Both the position numbers and the translations under genes were made by a program. Under the pieces are notes generated by a model. The model was given only the letters and a program-made list of their open reading frames with translations, was not told where the DNA came from and did not search any database. Positions 10,837 to 22,171 of a stretch of 64,000 bases of DNA are shown in pieces. The stretch is from Alphaproteobacteria bacterium (GTDB taxonomy: Bacteria > Pseudomonadota > Alphaproteobacteria > SP197), in contig OZ245842.1 in assembly GCA_965228895.1 (NCBI GenBank), forward strand, positions 4,384,001 through 4,448,000, read 5' to 3'. The first letter of the stretch is position 1; every line of letters begins with the position of its first letter.

Positions 10837-12729
10837 CTAAAGCTCGACCTGCAGACCCAGCTCCATCACCCGGTCCGGCGGCAGCCGGTAGTAGTCCGAC
10901 GGCCTGACCGCGTTGCGATTCAGGAAAGCGAACAACGCCCGGCGCCATTTGATCAGACCGCCCGCCTTCTTGGGCGCCACGATCGTGGTGCGCCCGACAT
11001 AATAGACCACGTCGTCCAGGTCGACCGTCAGGCCAGCGCGCTCGCATAGGCGAAGCGCGACCGGAATGTCCGGGCTCTGCATAAAGCCGTAGTTTACGAC
11101 GACGCGCGTCGCATCATGCTTCATTGGGCTGATTTCCAGGCGGTCGGCGGTGCCGACCCGGGGCTGTCGGGTGCCGATAACGGACAGGAAGATGATGTGC
11201 TCATGCAAAACGCGATTGTGCTCGAGGTGATGCTGCCACGTGCGCAACGCGCTGCCTCGGTCGCCGGCCAGGAACACCGCGGTCCCGGATACCCGCGGCA
11301 GGCCGTCGGCAACGGCCTTGTCGAGCAGCTCGTCCAGGGACAATTCGACGCCGGCGAGTTGTTCCTGGACCCGCCGACGTCCGCGCCGCCAGGTCGCCAT
11401 CACGACAAACAGAACAACCGCGACGGTCATGGGATACCACCCGCCTTCGACGAACTTCAGCGTGTTGGCGCCGAAGAACGCGAGGTCGATGCTGAGCGCG
11501 ATCACAGCGAGCACGACCACCAGGACCGGATGCCAGCCCCACCTGATGGCAACAAGGGTGCCCAGCAGAGTCGTGAACACCATGTCGAGGGAGACGGCCA
11601 GACCATAGGCCGCCGAGAGATTGCCGGAGGTCTGGAACCCCAGCACCAGCGCGATGGTCGCGATCATCAGCAACCAGTTGACCGCCGGCATGTAGATTTG
11701 ACCCTCCTCCATGCCGCCTGTGTGGATGACCCGCATGCGCGGCAGGAACCCCAGCTGGATCGCCTGGCGAGTCAGAGAGAAGGTGCCGGTGATGATCGCC
11801 TGCGACGCGATCACCGTGGCGGCGGTCGCCAAGACGACGAGCGGGTAAAGCGCCCAATCCGGCGCCAGGTTATAGAAGGTGTGATGGCCCAGCCGGGGAT
11901 CGTCGAGCAGGATTCCGGCCTGTCCGAAATAGTTCAGCACCAGTCCCGGCAGGGCGATAAAGAACCAGGCCAGCCGAATCGGCGTGCGGCCGAAATGCCC
12001 CATGTCCGCGTACAGCGCCTCGGCGCCGGTAACGGCCAGAAAGACCGTACCCAGGACGACAAAACCGGCAAACCCGTTGTTGGCGAAGAAGGCGACGGCA
12101 TAGCTGGGGTCGACTGCCTGGAAAACACCGGGATGCAGAATGATGCCGCGCAGTCCCAGGATACCGAGCACCGCGAACCAGATCAGCATGACCGGGCCGA
12201 ACGCCGCACCGATGCCAGCGGTTCCGCGTCGCTGCACAAAAAACAGGAGAACCAGGACCGCAACGGTGATCGGCACCACATAGGGATCGAACAGCGACGT
12301 CGCGACCTTGAGCCCCTCGACAGCGCTCAAGACACTGATTGCCGGCGTGATCGTGCCGTCGCCGTACAGCAGGGCCGCGCCGAACATGCCGAGTGCGACC
12401 GCGACGGCCATCACCTTCGGGTTCTTTTCCCGTGCGCCCAGCAGCGCGATCAGCGCCATGACCCCGCCCTCGCCGCGGTTGTCGGCGCGCAGAATGAAGA
12501 CGAGGTATTTGATCGAGACAACCAGGATCAGCGACCAGAAGATCAGCGACACCACGCCCATGACGTTGCCTGCGGTCGGATCGATGCCGCTGCCATGCGC
12601 GAAGCTTTGCTTGAAGGCATAAAGCGGGCTGGTGCCGATATCGCCGTAGACGATGCCGAGCGCGGCCAGCGCCATCAGCGCAACCGGCGTACGCTTCTGG
12701 CCGTCCCCCTTATCGGCGTGATCGCTCAC
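10837..12729 (-). CDS. kup: Potassium transporter Kup
   Basis: GIVYGDIGTSPLYA, ADNRGEGG, YGDGTITPAISVLSAVEG, GAEALYADMGHFG. Confidence 0.95.
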   Translation of the reverse strand: MSDHADKGDGQKRTPVALMALAALGIVYGDIGTSPLYAFKQSFAHGSGIDPTAGNVMGVVSLIFWSLILVVSIKYLVFILRADNRGEGGVMALIALLGAREKNPKVMAVAVALGMFGAALLYGDGTITPAISVLSAVEGLKVATSLFDPYVVPITVAVLVLLFFVQRRGTAGIGAAFGPVMLIWFAVLGILGLRGIILHPGVFQAVDPSYAVAFFANNGFAGFVVLGTVFLAVTGAEALYADMGHFGRTPIRLAWFFIALPGLVLNYFGQAGILLDDPRLGHHTFYNLAPDWALYPLVVLATAATVIASQAIITGTFSLTRQAIQLGFLPRMRVIHTGGMEEGQIYMPAVNWLLMIATIALVLGFQTSGNLSAAYGLAVSLDMVFTTLLGTLVAIRWGWHPVLVVVLAVIALSIDLAFFGANTLKFVEGGWYPMTVAVVLFVVMATWRRGRRRVQEQLAGVELSLDELLDKAVADGLPRVSGTAVFLAGDRGSALRTWQHHLEHNRVLHEHIIFLSVIGTRQPRVGTADRLEISPMKHDATRVVVNYGFMQSPDIPVALRLCERAGLTVDLDDVVYYVGRTTIVAPKKAGGLIKWRRALFAFLNRNAVRPSDYYRLPPDRVMELGLQVEL

Positions 12730-12787
12730 GATCGAATGTACCCCCTGCCCCCTCGCATCGCGCGTAGCGGAAGGCTAAAGTGCCGGC

Positions 12788-15526
12788 ATGGCTGAGTCAC
12801 CCAAACACGTCTACCTAATCGACGGCTCCGGTTTCATCTTCCGGGCCTTCCATGCGCTCCCCCCCATGACCCGCTCCGACGGCACACCGGTCAATGCGGT
12901 AATGGGTTTCTGCAACATGATCCTGAAGCTGATCGACAGCACCGACGCCGATCACATCGCCTGCATCCTGGACTACAGCTCCAAGAGCTTCCGCAACGAG
13001 GTCTATGATCAATACAAGGCACACCGGCCAGAGCCACCTGAGGAACTGGTGCCGCAGTTCCCGATGATCCGCGAGGCCGCCAGGGCCTTCAACCTGCCGG
13101 TCATCGAAATGGAAGGCTATGAGGCCGACGACCTGATCGCGACCTATACCCGCATGGCGCGCGAGGTTGGCGCGGAGGTCACCATCGTCTCGTCCGACAA
13201 GGACCTCATGCAGCTCATCGACGACGGCGTCATCATGGTCGACGGCCTGAAGAACAAGGAGATCCGAACCGAACAGGTCATCGAAAAGTTCGGGGTGCCG
13301 CCTGACAAGGTGATCGAGGTCCAGGCGCTGGCCGGCGACTCCGTGGACAATGTGCCGGGCGTGCCAGGGATCGGCGTCAAGACCGCCGCCCAGCTTATCG
13401 AGCAATACGGGGATCTGGAAAACCTGCTGGATCACGCCGAGGAGATCAAACAGCCCAAGCGGCGCGAGAACCTGATCGCCCATGCCGACGACGCGCGAAT
13501 CTCAAAACAGCTCGTCACGCTGGATAAGCACGTGCCGGTGACGGACGGTCTCGATCAGTTGATCAACCGGCCGCCGGAGCCGGACGCGCTGCTCGGTTTC
13601 TTGCGCGCTCAGGAGTTCCGCACCATTACCGCGAGGGTGGAAAGCTGGTTCGGCGATAAGGCCGTTGCCGCGGCCGAACCGGTCGAAGCCAAGGCTGAGG
13701 AAGGCCACGCGGACGGTTATGAGCTGATCCAGGAGATGGCCGACCTCGAACGCTGGATTGCCGAAGCGGCGCGTCTGGGTGTCGTCGCGGTCGATACCGA
13801 GACCACGTCGATTGACGAGATGACCGCCGAACTGGTCGGCATCTCGATGAGCACGGCCAGCGGCAATGGCTGTTACATACCGGTCGGCCACCGTCAGTCC
13901 GATGCCTTCTCGGAACGGCCCGAGCAGCTTGACCGGCAAGCGGTGCTCGACGCGCTCAAACCGCTCTTGACCGATTCCGCGGTGCTCAAGATCGGTCACA
14001 ACATCAAGTACGACATGGTGGTGCTGTCGCGGTACGGCATCGATGTGACGCCGGTCGACGACACCATGCTGCTCTCCTATGTGCTGGAGGGCGGCAAGCA
14101 CGACCACAAGATGGATTCACTCGCCCAGCTCTATCTCGGCGTTACGCCGATACCGTTCAAGGAGGTCGCGGGGTCCGGCAAGAAGCAGATCACGTTCGAC
14201 GAGGTGCCGCTGGACCGCGCGCTGGACTATGCCGCCGAGGACGCCGATGTGACCTTGCGCCTGTGGCTCGATCTGAAGCCGCGCCTGCCGCTGGAAAAGG
14301 TCACGCGCATCTATGAGACCGTCGAACGGCCGTTGATTCCCGTGATCGCCGAGATGGAAAAGGCCGGCGTCAAGGTCGACCGGGTCGAGTTGGAACGCAT
14401 GTCCGGCGAATTCGCCAAGCGCATCCAGAAACTGGAAAAGGAAATCCATAAACTCGCCGGCCACGCGTTTACGATCGGCTCACCCAAACAGTTGGGCGAG
14501 GTCCTGTTCAACGAAATGGGCCTGGAAGGCGGCAAAAAGGGCAAGTCCGGCGCCTATACGACCAGCGCCGACGTCCTGGAATCGCTCGCCGCACAAGGCC
14601 ACGAGTTACCGGCCAAGGTGCTGGAGTGGCGCCAGCTATCCAAACTGAAGAGCACCTATACCGACACCCTGGTCGAGCAAATCAACCCGGATACCGGGCG
14701 CGTGCACACATCGTTTTCCATGGCCGCCGCCTCGACCGGACGCCTGGCGAGTTCCGATCCCAACCTGCAGAACATCCCGGTCCGGACCGAGGAAGGTCGG
14801 CGTATCCGCGAAGCGTTCGTCGCCGATAAGGGCAACGTTCTGCTGAGCGCCGACTATTCGCAGATCGAGTTGCGCCTGCTCGCCCATGTCGCCGATATCC
14901 CGACCTTGAAGGAGGCGTTCCGCGACGGTCTGGACATTCATGCGATGACCGCCAGCCAGGTCTTCGACGTGCCCTTGAAAGACATGGACCCGATCACGCG
15001 GCGCAACGCCAAGGCCATCAACTTCGGCATTATCTATGGCATCAGCGCGTTTGGTCTGGCGCGCCAGCTCGGCATCGGCCGCGACGACGCGGCCGCCTAC
15101 ATCAAGGCCTATTTCGAGCGTTATCCCGGCATCAAGGACTACATGGACCGGACCAAGAAAAAGGCCAAGGAAACCGGCTATGTGGAGACCCTGTTCGGGC
15201 GACGCTGTCATGTGCCTGGCATCAACGACCGCAATCCGTCGACCCGCGGGTTCTACGAACGCGCCGCGATCAACGCACCGCTGCAAGGCTCGGCCGCCGA
15301 TATCATCAAACGCGCGATGATTCGCGTTCCCGGCGAACTCTTATCGGTGAAACTGAAGGCGCGCATGCTGCTTCAGGTGCATGACGAACTGCTGTTCGAA
15401 GTGCCTGAGAAAGAGGCCGATAAGACGGCCAAGCTGGTCAAGCGCGTGATGGAGGATGCCGCCCACCTGTCGGTTCCCCTTACCGTCGACACCGGCACGG
15501 GCCTGACCTGGAACGACGCCCACTGA
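12788..15526 (+). CDS. polA: DNA polymerase I
   Basis: 5'-3' exonuclease (LIDGSGFIFRAF, EADD), intact 3'-5' exonuclease motifs (DTETT, GHNIKYD, YAAEDAD), and polymerase motifs (DYSQIELR, KAINFGIIYG, VHDEL). Confidence 0.98.
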   Translation: MAESPKHVYLIDGSGFIFRAFHALPPMTRSDGTPVNAVMGFCNMILKLIDSTDADHIACILDYSSKSFRNEVYDQYKAHRPEPPEELVPQFPMIREAARAFNLPVIEMEGYEADDLIATYTRMAREVGAEVTIVSSDKDLMQLIDDGVIMVDGLKNKEIRTEQVIEKFGVPPDKVIEVQALAGDSVDNVPGVPGIGVKTAAQLIEQYGDLENLLDHAEEIKQPKRRENLIAHADDARISKQLVTLDKHVPVTDGLDQLINRPPEPDALLGFLRAQEFRTITARVESWFGDKAVAAAEPVEAKAEEGHADGYELIQEMADLERWIAEAARLGVVAVDTETTSIDEMTAELVGISMSTASGNGCYIPVGHRQSDAFSERPEQLDRQAVLDALKPLLTDSAVLKIGHNIKYDMVVLSRYGIDVTPVDDTMLLSYVLEGGKHDHKMDSLAQLYLGVTPIPFKEVAGSGKKQITFDEVPLDRALDYAAEDADVTLRLWLDLKPRLPLEKVTRIYETVERPLIPVIAEMEKAGVKVDRVELERMSGEFAKRIQKLEKEIHKLAGHAFTIGSPKQLGEVLFNEMGLEGGKKGKSGAYTTSADVLESLAAQGHELPAKVLEWRQLSKLKSTYTDTLVEQINPDTGRVHTSFSMAAASTGRLASSDPNLQNIPVRTEEGRRIREAFVADKGNVLLSADYSQIELRLLAHVADIPTLKEAFRDGLDIHAMTASQVFDVPLKDMDPITRRNAKAINFGIIYGISAFGLARQLGIGRDDAAAYIKAYFERYPGIKDYMDRTKKKAKETGYVETLFGRRCHVPGINDRNPSTRGFYERAAINAPLQGSAADIIKRAMIRVPGELLSVKLKARMLLQVHDELLFEVPEKEADKTAKLVKRVMEDAAHLSVPLTVDTGTGLTWNDAH

Positions 15527-15829
15527 CGCGCAAGGGCAACAGCCACCTCTGTCCCAAAACGTGACGTCGTGCTGAAAGGCGGTGGCGGAATCACGTCCTG
15601 CGAACCGGTTGCGAACGACATCACAGCAACCAAGTCACGAAGATTTCGCTGGCGTTTCGCTCGACAAACGCCCATATGACTCTCGTCGGACGGTGGGTCC
15701 GGCTGGTCATCGCCGGGTTTCTGCTTGTCGATGCGTCACGGTTAACACCTTGCGGCCCCTCCCAACCATTCGATTATGACTGGCGACGCGGCGTCCCGAT
15801 TGGGCGTCGCAACAAGGAGACTTTTTTCG

Positions 15830-16036
15830 ATGCAGAGTGGTTCCGTGAAGTGGTTTAACTCCACCAAGGGTTATGGGTTCATTGCTCCCGACAGCGGTGA
15901 ACGCGACGTGTTCGTTCATATCAGCGCCGTTGAGCGCGCCGGACTGGACAGCCTGGCCGAAGGTCAGAAGGTCGAGTTCGAGGTCGTTCCAGGCCGCGAC
16001 GGACGCACGTCCGCCGACAATCTGAAAGTGGTCTGA
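15830..16036 (+). CDS. Cold-shock protein (CspA family)
   Basis: [23 protein letters not shown]; SD aaggag. Confidence 0.95.
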   Translation: MQSGSVKWFNSTKGYGFIAPDSGERDVFVHISAVERAGLDSLAEGQKVEFEVVPGRDGRTSADNLKVV

Positions 16037-16079
16037 GCTAAAGGAACTGCCCGGTCAAAGACGGGGCGTTACCTTGAAG

Positions 16080-16124
16080 AACAAGAGGCGGCGGGTCCAA
16101 AGACCCGCCGCCTCTTTGTTTTTG
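16080..16124. terminator. Intrinsic terminator between the convergent csp and pckA genes, probably bidirectional
   Basis: aagaggcggcgggtc-caaa-gacccgccgcctctt hairpin followed by tgtttttgt on the plus strand. Confidence 0.85.
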
Positions 16125-16174
16125 TCTGAGATCTTTTTGTTGCTCCAGCCAACTAGACCAAAAAGGCGTCAGCC

Positions 16175-17785
16175 CTACGCCGCCATGTTTGGGCCGGCTG
16201 ACTTCACCTGATCGTCGACATAGGGCGCGAAAACCTCGAAATTTCGGTGAAAACGGCCGCACAGGTCGCGTGCCTGGCTGTCATAGGCGCCCTTGTCGGA
16301 CCACGTCTCACGCGGGTTGAGGACCTCGCCCGGCACATCGGGACAGGCTTCGGGCACCAGCACACCGAAGTTGCTGTCCTCGCGGAACGAGGCCTTGGAG
16401 AGCGAGCCGTCAAGCGCGGCGCCAAGAAGCGCGCGGGTGTGGCGAATCGACATGCGCTCGCCGGTGCCATAGGCACCGCCGGACCAGCCGGTGTTGACCA
16501 GCCAGCAGTCAGCGCTGTTCTTTTCGATCTTGTCGGCCAGCATGCGGGCATAGACCGACGGGTGGCGCGGCATGAAGGGCGCGCCGAAGCAGGTCGAAAA
16601 GGTCGCCTGCGGCTCATTGCCCAGACCCTTTTCCGTGCCCGCGACCTTGGCTGTATAGCCGGACAGGAAATGATACATCGCCTGTTCGGGCGTCAGTTTG
16701 GCGATCGGCGGCAGGACGCCGAAGGCATCGGCGGTCAGCATGACGACGTTATGCGGATGACCGGCATGGCCGGTCGCCGACGCGTTTGGGATGAAGTCGA
16801 GGGGATAGGCCGCGCGGGTGTTCTCGGTGAAAAGCGGATCGTCCAGGTCAAGAATCCGGTTGTCCGGATCCATGACAACGTTCTCCAGCACCGTGCCGTA
16901 GCGCTGGGTGGTCGCGTAGATCTCCGGCTCGGCCTCCGGCGACAGCCGGATCACCTTGGCGTAACAGCCGCCCTCGAAATTGAAGACACCGTTCTCGCCC
17001 CAGCCATGCTCGTCATCGCCGATCAAAGTGCGCCTGGGATCGGCCGACAGCGTCGTCTTGCCCGTCCCGGAGAGACCGAAGAAGATCGCCGAATCACCGT
17101 CCTCACCGACATTGACCGAACAATGCATGGGTAGAACGTCGCGCGGCGGCAACAGGAAGTTCAGGATCGAGAAGACCGACTTCTTGATTTCGCCGGCATA
17201 GGACGTGCCGCCGATCAGCACCAGCCGCTCGGTGAAGTCCATGACGATGACAGTCTCCGAACGGCTGCCATCGATGGCCGGATCGGCGACAAAACCGGGC
17301 GCCTGAACAATCGTGAATTCAGGCTCGAAGTCGCGCCGCTGATCAAGCGGCGGCCTGATCAGCAAATTCGAGGCAAAAAGACTGTGCCAAGCCTGTTCGG
17401 TGACGATGCGTACCTTAACCCGAAAGTCAGGATCGGCGCCGCCATAGAGGTCCTGCACAAAGGCGTCACGGCCCTGGTAGTAAGCCAGGAAACGCTGCTT
17501 CAGCGTTTGAAAATTGCCGGGGTCCATGGCGACATTGACCTTGCCCCAGTCGACCGCATCATCGGTGACTGCGTCGCGCACGATAAACTTGTCGCGCGCC
17601 GAGCGGCCCGTGTGTTGGCCGGTCAGGACGACCAGGGGGCCGCCGGCCGCCATCTGGCCCTCGCCGCGACGGATGGATTCTTCGTAGAGCGCGGGGGTGC
17701 CCAGGTTCCAGTATTGGTCCGCCAAATTGACAAGGCCAAGTTTGTCCAGTCCAAACGTACTGTGGACTGGTCCATACAACTGCAT
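16175..17785 (-). CDS. pckA: Phosphoenolpyruvate carboxykinase (ATP)
   Basis: [47 protein letters not shown]; start taken at MQLYG (SD gggagg). Confidence 0.96.
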   Translation of the reverse strand: MQLYGPVHSTFGLDKLGLVNLADQYWNLGTPALYEESIRRGEGQMAAGGPLVVLTGQHTGRSARDKFIVRDAVTDDAVDWGKVNVAMDPGNFQTLKQRFLAYYQGRDAFVQDLYGGADPDFRVKVRIVTEQAWHSLFASNLLIRPPLDQRRDFEPEFTIVQAPGFVADPAIDGSRSETVIVMDFTERLVLIGGTSYAGEIKKSVFSILNFLLPPRDVLPMHCSVNVGEDGDSAIFFGLSGTGKTTLSADPRRTLIGDDEHGWGENGVFNFEGGCYAKVIRLSPEAEPEIYATTQRYGTVLENVVMDPDNRILDLDDPLFTENTRAAYPLDFIPNASATGHAGHPHNVVMLTADAFGVLPPIAKLTPEQAMYHFLSGYTAKVAGTEKGLGNEPQATFSTCFGAPFMPRHPSVYARMLADKIEKNSADCWLVNTGWSGGAYGTGERMSIRHTRALLGAALDGSLSKASFREDSNFGVLVPEACPDVPGEVLNPRETWSDKGAYDSQARDLCGRFHRNFEVFAPYVDDQVKSAGPNMAA

Positions 17786-17911
17786 AAGTAGCGGCCCTCC
17801 CGATACTCTCGCGCTCATGTCAAAGAACGGAGCGTTGCCCCGGCGCCCCGCAAGAAGGAGGGGATTCAACGCTAACTGACCGGTCATGACAAGACCGGAA
17901 TTGCACTTGTC

Positions 17912-18619
17912 TCAGCCCTTTGGGGTGGCCGCCTGCCCCATGCGATACAACACTGTGTCAACAGCGCCGTCGAGTTGCCTGATTGTCCCCAGACGCTGAT
18001 CAAAGTCCCCACGTAGAGTGCGGTCAAGTGAACCCAGTTCCACACCGTCGGCATCAACGGCAGCAATGGCAGTTTGAGCGCCCAAGGCCGCCAGAGTTTT
18101 CCGGTGAACATCGTTCGCCCGGGCCACCGCGTCGGCCTCGGCGGCAACGATCGTTGTCGCCAGATCCGGGCAGACCCGCAGCTCGTCGCCATCCATGGCA
18201 TCGATACGACCAAACCCCGCGACTTGATGGGCCCGCTCGATGACTAGGCGATAGTAGTGGAAGTCGGCAAATCCGCCGGTCACGGCCGCCGACTTGTGGC
18301 GCAAGAGATAGCGCCTGGCGTCATCGTCGTCGGTTGTAGGTTCGACATGCCCCACCAGCGTCAAGCGCGGCCCCGTCAACCGGTCGGAAAGACCATTCGT
18401 ACCGTCTATCAGCAACGATACCCGGGGCTCGCGGCCAAGGTTTTTTGTGTGTTCGGCGAGGTCCGAGAGCAGCATCACCGGGCAGCCGTCAGGCGCCGTC
18501 GCCATGGCGACCAAGGTGGCGAACGGCCCGCCGTCTTGGCGGTCCAGGGTCGCCAGCGTGCCGTAACTCGCGCCGCGCAACAGCCGGCGCGCCTGGTCTA
18601 ATGCCTCGATTTCAGCCAC
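17912..18619 (-). CDS. HugZ/PNPOx-like split-barrel protein
   Basis: [43 protein letters not shown]. Confidence 0.8.
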   Translation of the reverse strand: MAEIEALDQARRLLRGASYGTLATLDRQDGGPFATLVAMATAPDGCPVMLLSDLAEHTKNLGREPRVSLLIDGTNGLSDRLTGPRLTLVGHVEPTTDDDDARRYLLRHKSAAVTGGFADFHYYRLVIERAHQVAGFGRIDAMDGDELRVCPDLATTIVAAEADAVARANDVHRKTLAALGAQTAIAAVDADGVELGSLDRTLRGDFDQRLGTIRQLDGAVDTVLYRMGQAATPKG

Positions 18620-18746
18620 AAATCCGCCTTCCTTCTGGGGTCAGTTGCGATCGATAGGGCAGTCCTGCCGTATCATTTTTGGCCGCCAGGGTGGTAGACT
18701 GATGATGAACACAGCCGTTGAAACGATAGCCGAGAGTTGCGTTCCG

Positions 18747-19454
18747 TTGAGCCAGACCATCGCACTTGTCGACGATGACCAGAACATTCTGACATCCGTA
18801 TCCATGGCCCTGGAGGCTGAGGGATACCGGGTTCAGTGTTATTCCGACAGCGTCGAAGCCCTGAAAGCCATTTCCGCTAGCCCGCCCGACATCGCCGTCT
18901 TGGATATCAAGATGCCGCGTCTTGACGGCATGGAGCTTCTGACCCGCCTGCGCCGGGACAAGGACCTGCCGGTCATTTTTCTGACCTCGCTGGCGGACGA
19001 GACCGACGAGGCGCTGGGCTTGAGGATGGGCGCCGACGACTACATCACCAAGCCGTTTTCGCTGAGACTCCTGACCGAACGAATCCGCGCCGTCCTGCGC
19101 CGCGCCGACCTTGTCAGCGGTGAGGTGCCCGAGGACGACGAAGAGATCGAACCGCAGATGGAGCGCGGCGAGCTGACACTCGATCCCGCGCGCCACATGT
19201 GCTCCTGGAAGGGTCTGCGCGTCACCTTGACGGTCACCGAGTTCTTGATCCTGAAGTCGTTGGCGCAGCGACCCGGTCACGTGAAGAGCCGCGATCAATT
19301 GCTCGACGCCGCTTATGATGACAACATCTATGTCGATGACCGCACGATCGACAGCCACATCAAAAGGATCCGCAAGAAATTTCGGATGATCGATCCGGAA
19401 TTCGGGCAGATCGAGACCTTGTATGGCGTCGGATACCGCTTTAAGGAGACGTGA
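18747..19454 (+). CDS. chvI: OmpR-type response regulator ChvI
   Basis: TTG start giving [17 protein letters not shown]; [30 protein letters not shown]; synteny with pckA and the adjacent kinase. Confidence 0.9.
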   Translation: MSQTIALVDDDQNILTSVSMALEAEGYRVQCYSDSVEALKAISASPPDIAVLDIKMPRLDGMELLTRLRRDKDLPVIFLTSLADETDEALGLRMGADDYITKPFSLRLLTERIRAVLRRADLVSGEVPEDDEEIEPQMERGELTLDPARHMCSWKGLRVTLTVTEFLILKSLAQRPGHVKSRDQLLDAAYDDNIYVDDRTIDSHIKRIRKKFRMIDPEFGQIETLYGVGYRFKET

Positions 19455-21171
19455 GCCCCGCCTGACAGCGGTCGACTCCGAGCCTGACGCCGATACGATC
19501 ATTGGGCCGACGGATCGTCCGTCGGTTACGGCGGACCCGCGCGAGGAGGCCGACCGGCATCCATCGGCATCGCTGACCCGGCGAATTCTGGCCATCAATC
19601 TGGTGCCGCTCGCGCTGTTCCTTGTCGGCGTTCTCTATCTCGATAATTACCGCGAAGGGCTGATCGCCGAGAAAGTCAATTCGCTGACCACCAACGGCGA
19701 ACTGATCGCCGGTGCGCTTGGCGAAACGGTTGTTGCCTTCGGCCTGGAAGATGTCTCGGCGCCGCCGGTCACGCAGATCCTTGAGGAAGATGCACGCGCC
19801 CTGATCCGCCGCCTGGTGCAGTCGGCCGGCATTCGCGCTCGGCTGTTCGGCGCCGATGGCGCGCTGATCGCCGATAGCCGGCAGCTTGTCGGCACCGGTG
19901 GTGCCGTGCACCGGGAGTACCTGCCGCCGCCCGGCGATCTCGATTCCTTCGAACGCCTGCTGCGCCGTCTCGACCGGATCGCCTTGGGCGTCTCGTCGGT
20001 CTGGCAGACCAACGAGCCCTACACGGAACGCGCCGACCAGACGGCCTATGACTACCCGGAGGTCGTGCAGGCGTTAAACGGAACCGGTGACGAAGCGCTG
20101 CGCGATGCCGGACGCGGCGGCCTGATCTTGACCGTGGCGGTCCCGGTCAGCCACTTCAAACAAGTCCAGGGCGCGTTGCTCTTGTCATCGGATCTCGGCG
20201 ATGTCGAGCGTGAGCTGCGCGCCGTGCGCAGCGACATCCTGGCCTTGGCCTTGTTGTCGTTCGGCCTGACCGTTTTGATGTCGCTTTATCTGGCCGGCAC
20301 CATCGCACGGCCTGTCAGAAAACTGGCGTTGGCTGCTGAAAAGGTCGGCCGTGGCACCGGCAAGGCAGGCTCTATCCCCGATTTCGCGAGCCGGGGTGAC
20401 GAAATCGGCGAGCTGTCGCGCGCGCTGATCGATATGACGCGCACCTTGGAAAACCGCATGATGGCGACGGAACGGTTTGCCGCGGACGTCGCGCACGAGA
20501 TCAAGAACCCGCTGTCGTCGCTGAAGAGTGCACTCGAAACCATCCAGCGTATCGAGGATCCCGAGCGGCGCGCCAAGCTGATGGCGATCGCTGCCGACGA
20601 TCTGAACCGGCTCGACCGGTTGATCACCGATATTTCCGATGCGTCCCGTCTCGATGCCGAGCTGAACCGCGCGGACACCGAGACCGTCGACATCGGTGCG
20701 ACCCTGCAGGCGCTCGCCATGGTCATGCAGACGACCTGGGGCGACGACGGACCGAGACTGGAGTTGAACGACGCGTTGAGCCGCGACGATGTCATGGGCC
20801 GCTTTGTCGTGCGCGGTGTCGAGGATCGGTTAGTCCAGGTGTTCCGCAATCTGCTGGTCAACGCGCGTTCGTTCAGTCCGCCCGGCGGCATCATCAGGAT
20901 CGCCGCGCGCCAAGACGGGCGCTGGGTCGAGATCACGATCAGCGACCAGGGACCGGGCATTCCCGCCGGCAAGGAAGACGACATTTTCAACCGCTTCTAC
21001 AGCGACCGTCCCGCCGGCGAAAAGTTCGGCACCCATTCGGGCCTCGGCCTCAGTATTTCGCGCCAGATCGTCGAAGCCCATCACGGCACCATCAAAGCGT
21101 CGAACCTGGGCAGCGACCCGTCGTCACCCGACGGTGCGTGCTTCACCGTGCGCCTGATGGCCGGCAACTAA
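19423..21171 (+). CDS. chvG: Sensor histidine kinase ChvG/ExoS
   Basis: [13 protein letters not shown]1, HAMP domain, [38 protein letters not shown]. Confidence 0.92.
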   Translation: MASDTALRRREPRLTAVDSEPDADTIIGPTDRPSVTADPREEADRHPSASLTRRILAINLVPLALFLVGVLYLDNYREGLIAEKVNSLTTNGELIAGALGETVVAFGLEDVSAPPVTQILEEDARALIRRLVQSAGIRARLFGADGALIADSRQLVGTGGAVHREYLPPPGDLDSFERLLRRLDRIALGVSSVWQTNEPYTERADQTAYDYPEVVQALNGTGDEALRDAGRGGLILTVAVPVSHFKQVQGALLLSSDLGDVERELRAVRSDILALALLSFGLTVLMSLYLAGTIARPVRKLALAAEKVGRGTGKAGSIPDFASRGDEIGELSRALIDMTRTLENRMMATERFAADVAHEIKNPLSSLKSALETIQRIEDPERRAKLMAIAADDLNRLDRLITDISDASRLDAELNRADTETVDIGATLQALAMVMQTTWGDDGPRLELNDALSRDDVMGRFVVRGVEDRLVQVFRNLLVNARSFSPPGGIIRIAARQDGRWVEITISDQGPGIPAGKEDDIFNRFYSDRPAGEKFGTHSGLGLSISRQIVEAHHGTIKASNLGSDPSSPDGACFTVRLMAGN

Positions 21172-21174
21172 TCG

Positions 21175-22149
21175 ATGGCCTGTCGCGCGCGGATTGCCGG
21201 TCTAGCCCTTGCGGCAATCGTAATCAGTTCCAGCGCGACCGGCGACGATGCGCAGCCGACGTTCGAGCTGCCGGTTGCCTGCGCCATGGGCGAGCAGTGT
21301 TTTGTTCAAAACCACGTCGATCATGATGCCGGCCCGGGCTTCGGCGACTACACCTGCGGCAGTCTGAGCTTCGACCGCCATACCGGCACCGACTTTACGA
21401 TGGTCGACCGCGCGCCGGGTGTCGAACCGGTCGCGGTCCTGGCGGCAGCGGACGGTCGGGTAAAGACTGTCGGCGTGCCCCCGGATACGGCGTCGCCGCT
21501 GCACTGGACCCAGCCCGGCCATCACGTCATGATCGATCATGGCGATGGCTGGACGACACTCTATGCCCACATGGCACCGGGCAGCATCACCGTCGATGTG
21601 GGCGCGACGGTCGTTGCCGGTGAACGTCTCGGCGCCATCGGCGCTACCGGGGATGCCCGCTTTGCGCATCTTCATTTCGAGGTGCAGCACGACGGCGCGG
21701 TGGTGGATCCATTTTCCGGCACCGGCCCCGGGATCATCTGCGGTGTTTCGCTCGCATCACTCTGGTCCGATGAGGCGATAAGCGCGCTTGCCTACCGGCC
21801 CACGGGCCTTTTGCGACATGGTTTTGCCGGCGGTCTGATCCGCGATGGCGCGGCCCCGGCGCTGAGCCTGCCCGACGCCGCCACCATCGTCTTCTGGGCC
21901 GACCTCTTCGGCCTCATGCCCGGCGACCGGGTCGAGGCGCAATTGTTGGCGCCCGATGGGCGCGTCCTGGCGGCCGAACCCACCGATATCGACACGGTCG
22001 CCGCACGCCTATTGACGCAGGCTGGTTACCGCAAACCCGAGACCGGGTGGCCGGCGGGCGCCTATCGCGGCAGCGTCACCTTGTTGCGTCCGGGCAGCGA
22101 TGGCTGGCAGATCATCGCCGATGCGGAAATGACGCTTCACATGCCCTAA
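21175..22149 (+). CDS. Secreted M23 metallopeptidase family protein
   Basis: Signal peptide; HTGTD (HxxxD), YAHM and HLH (HxH) motifs. Confidence 0.82.
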   Translation: MACRARIAGLALAAIVISSSATGDDAQPTFELPVACAMGEQCFVQNHVDHDAGPGFGDYTCGSLSFDRHTGTDFTMVDRAPGVEPVAVLAAADGRVKTVGVPPDTASPLHWTQPGHHVMIDHGDGWTTLYAHMAPGSITVDVGATVVAGERLGAIGATGDARFAHLHFEVQHDGAVVDPFSGTGPGIICGVSLASLWSDEAISALAYRPTGLLRHGFAGGLIRDGAAPALSLPDAATIVFWADLFGLMPGDRVEAQLLAPDGRVLAAEPTDIDTVAARLLTQAGYRKPETGWPAGAYRGSVTLLRPGSDGWQIIADAEMTLHMP

Positions 22150-22171
22150 TGCTGCCCAGAGCCGATCTGAT

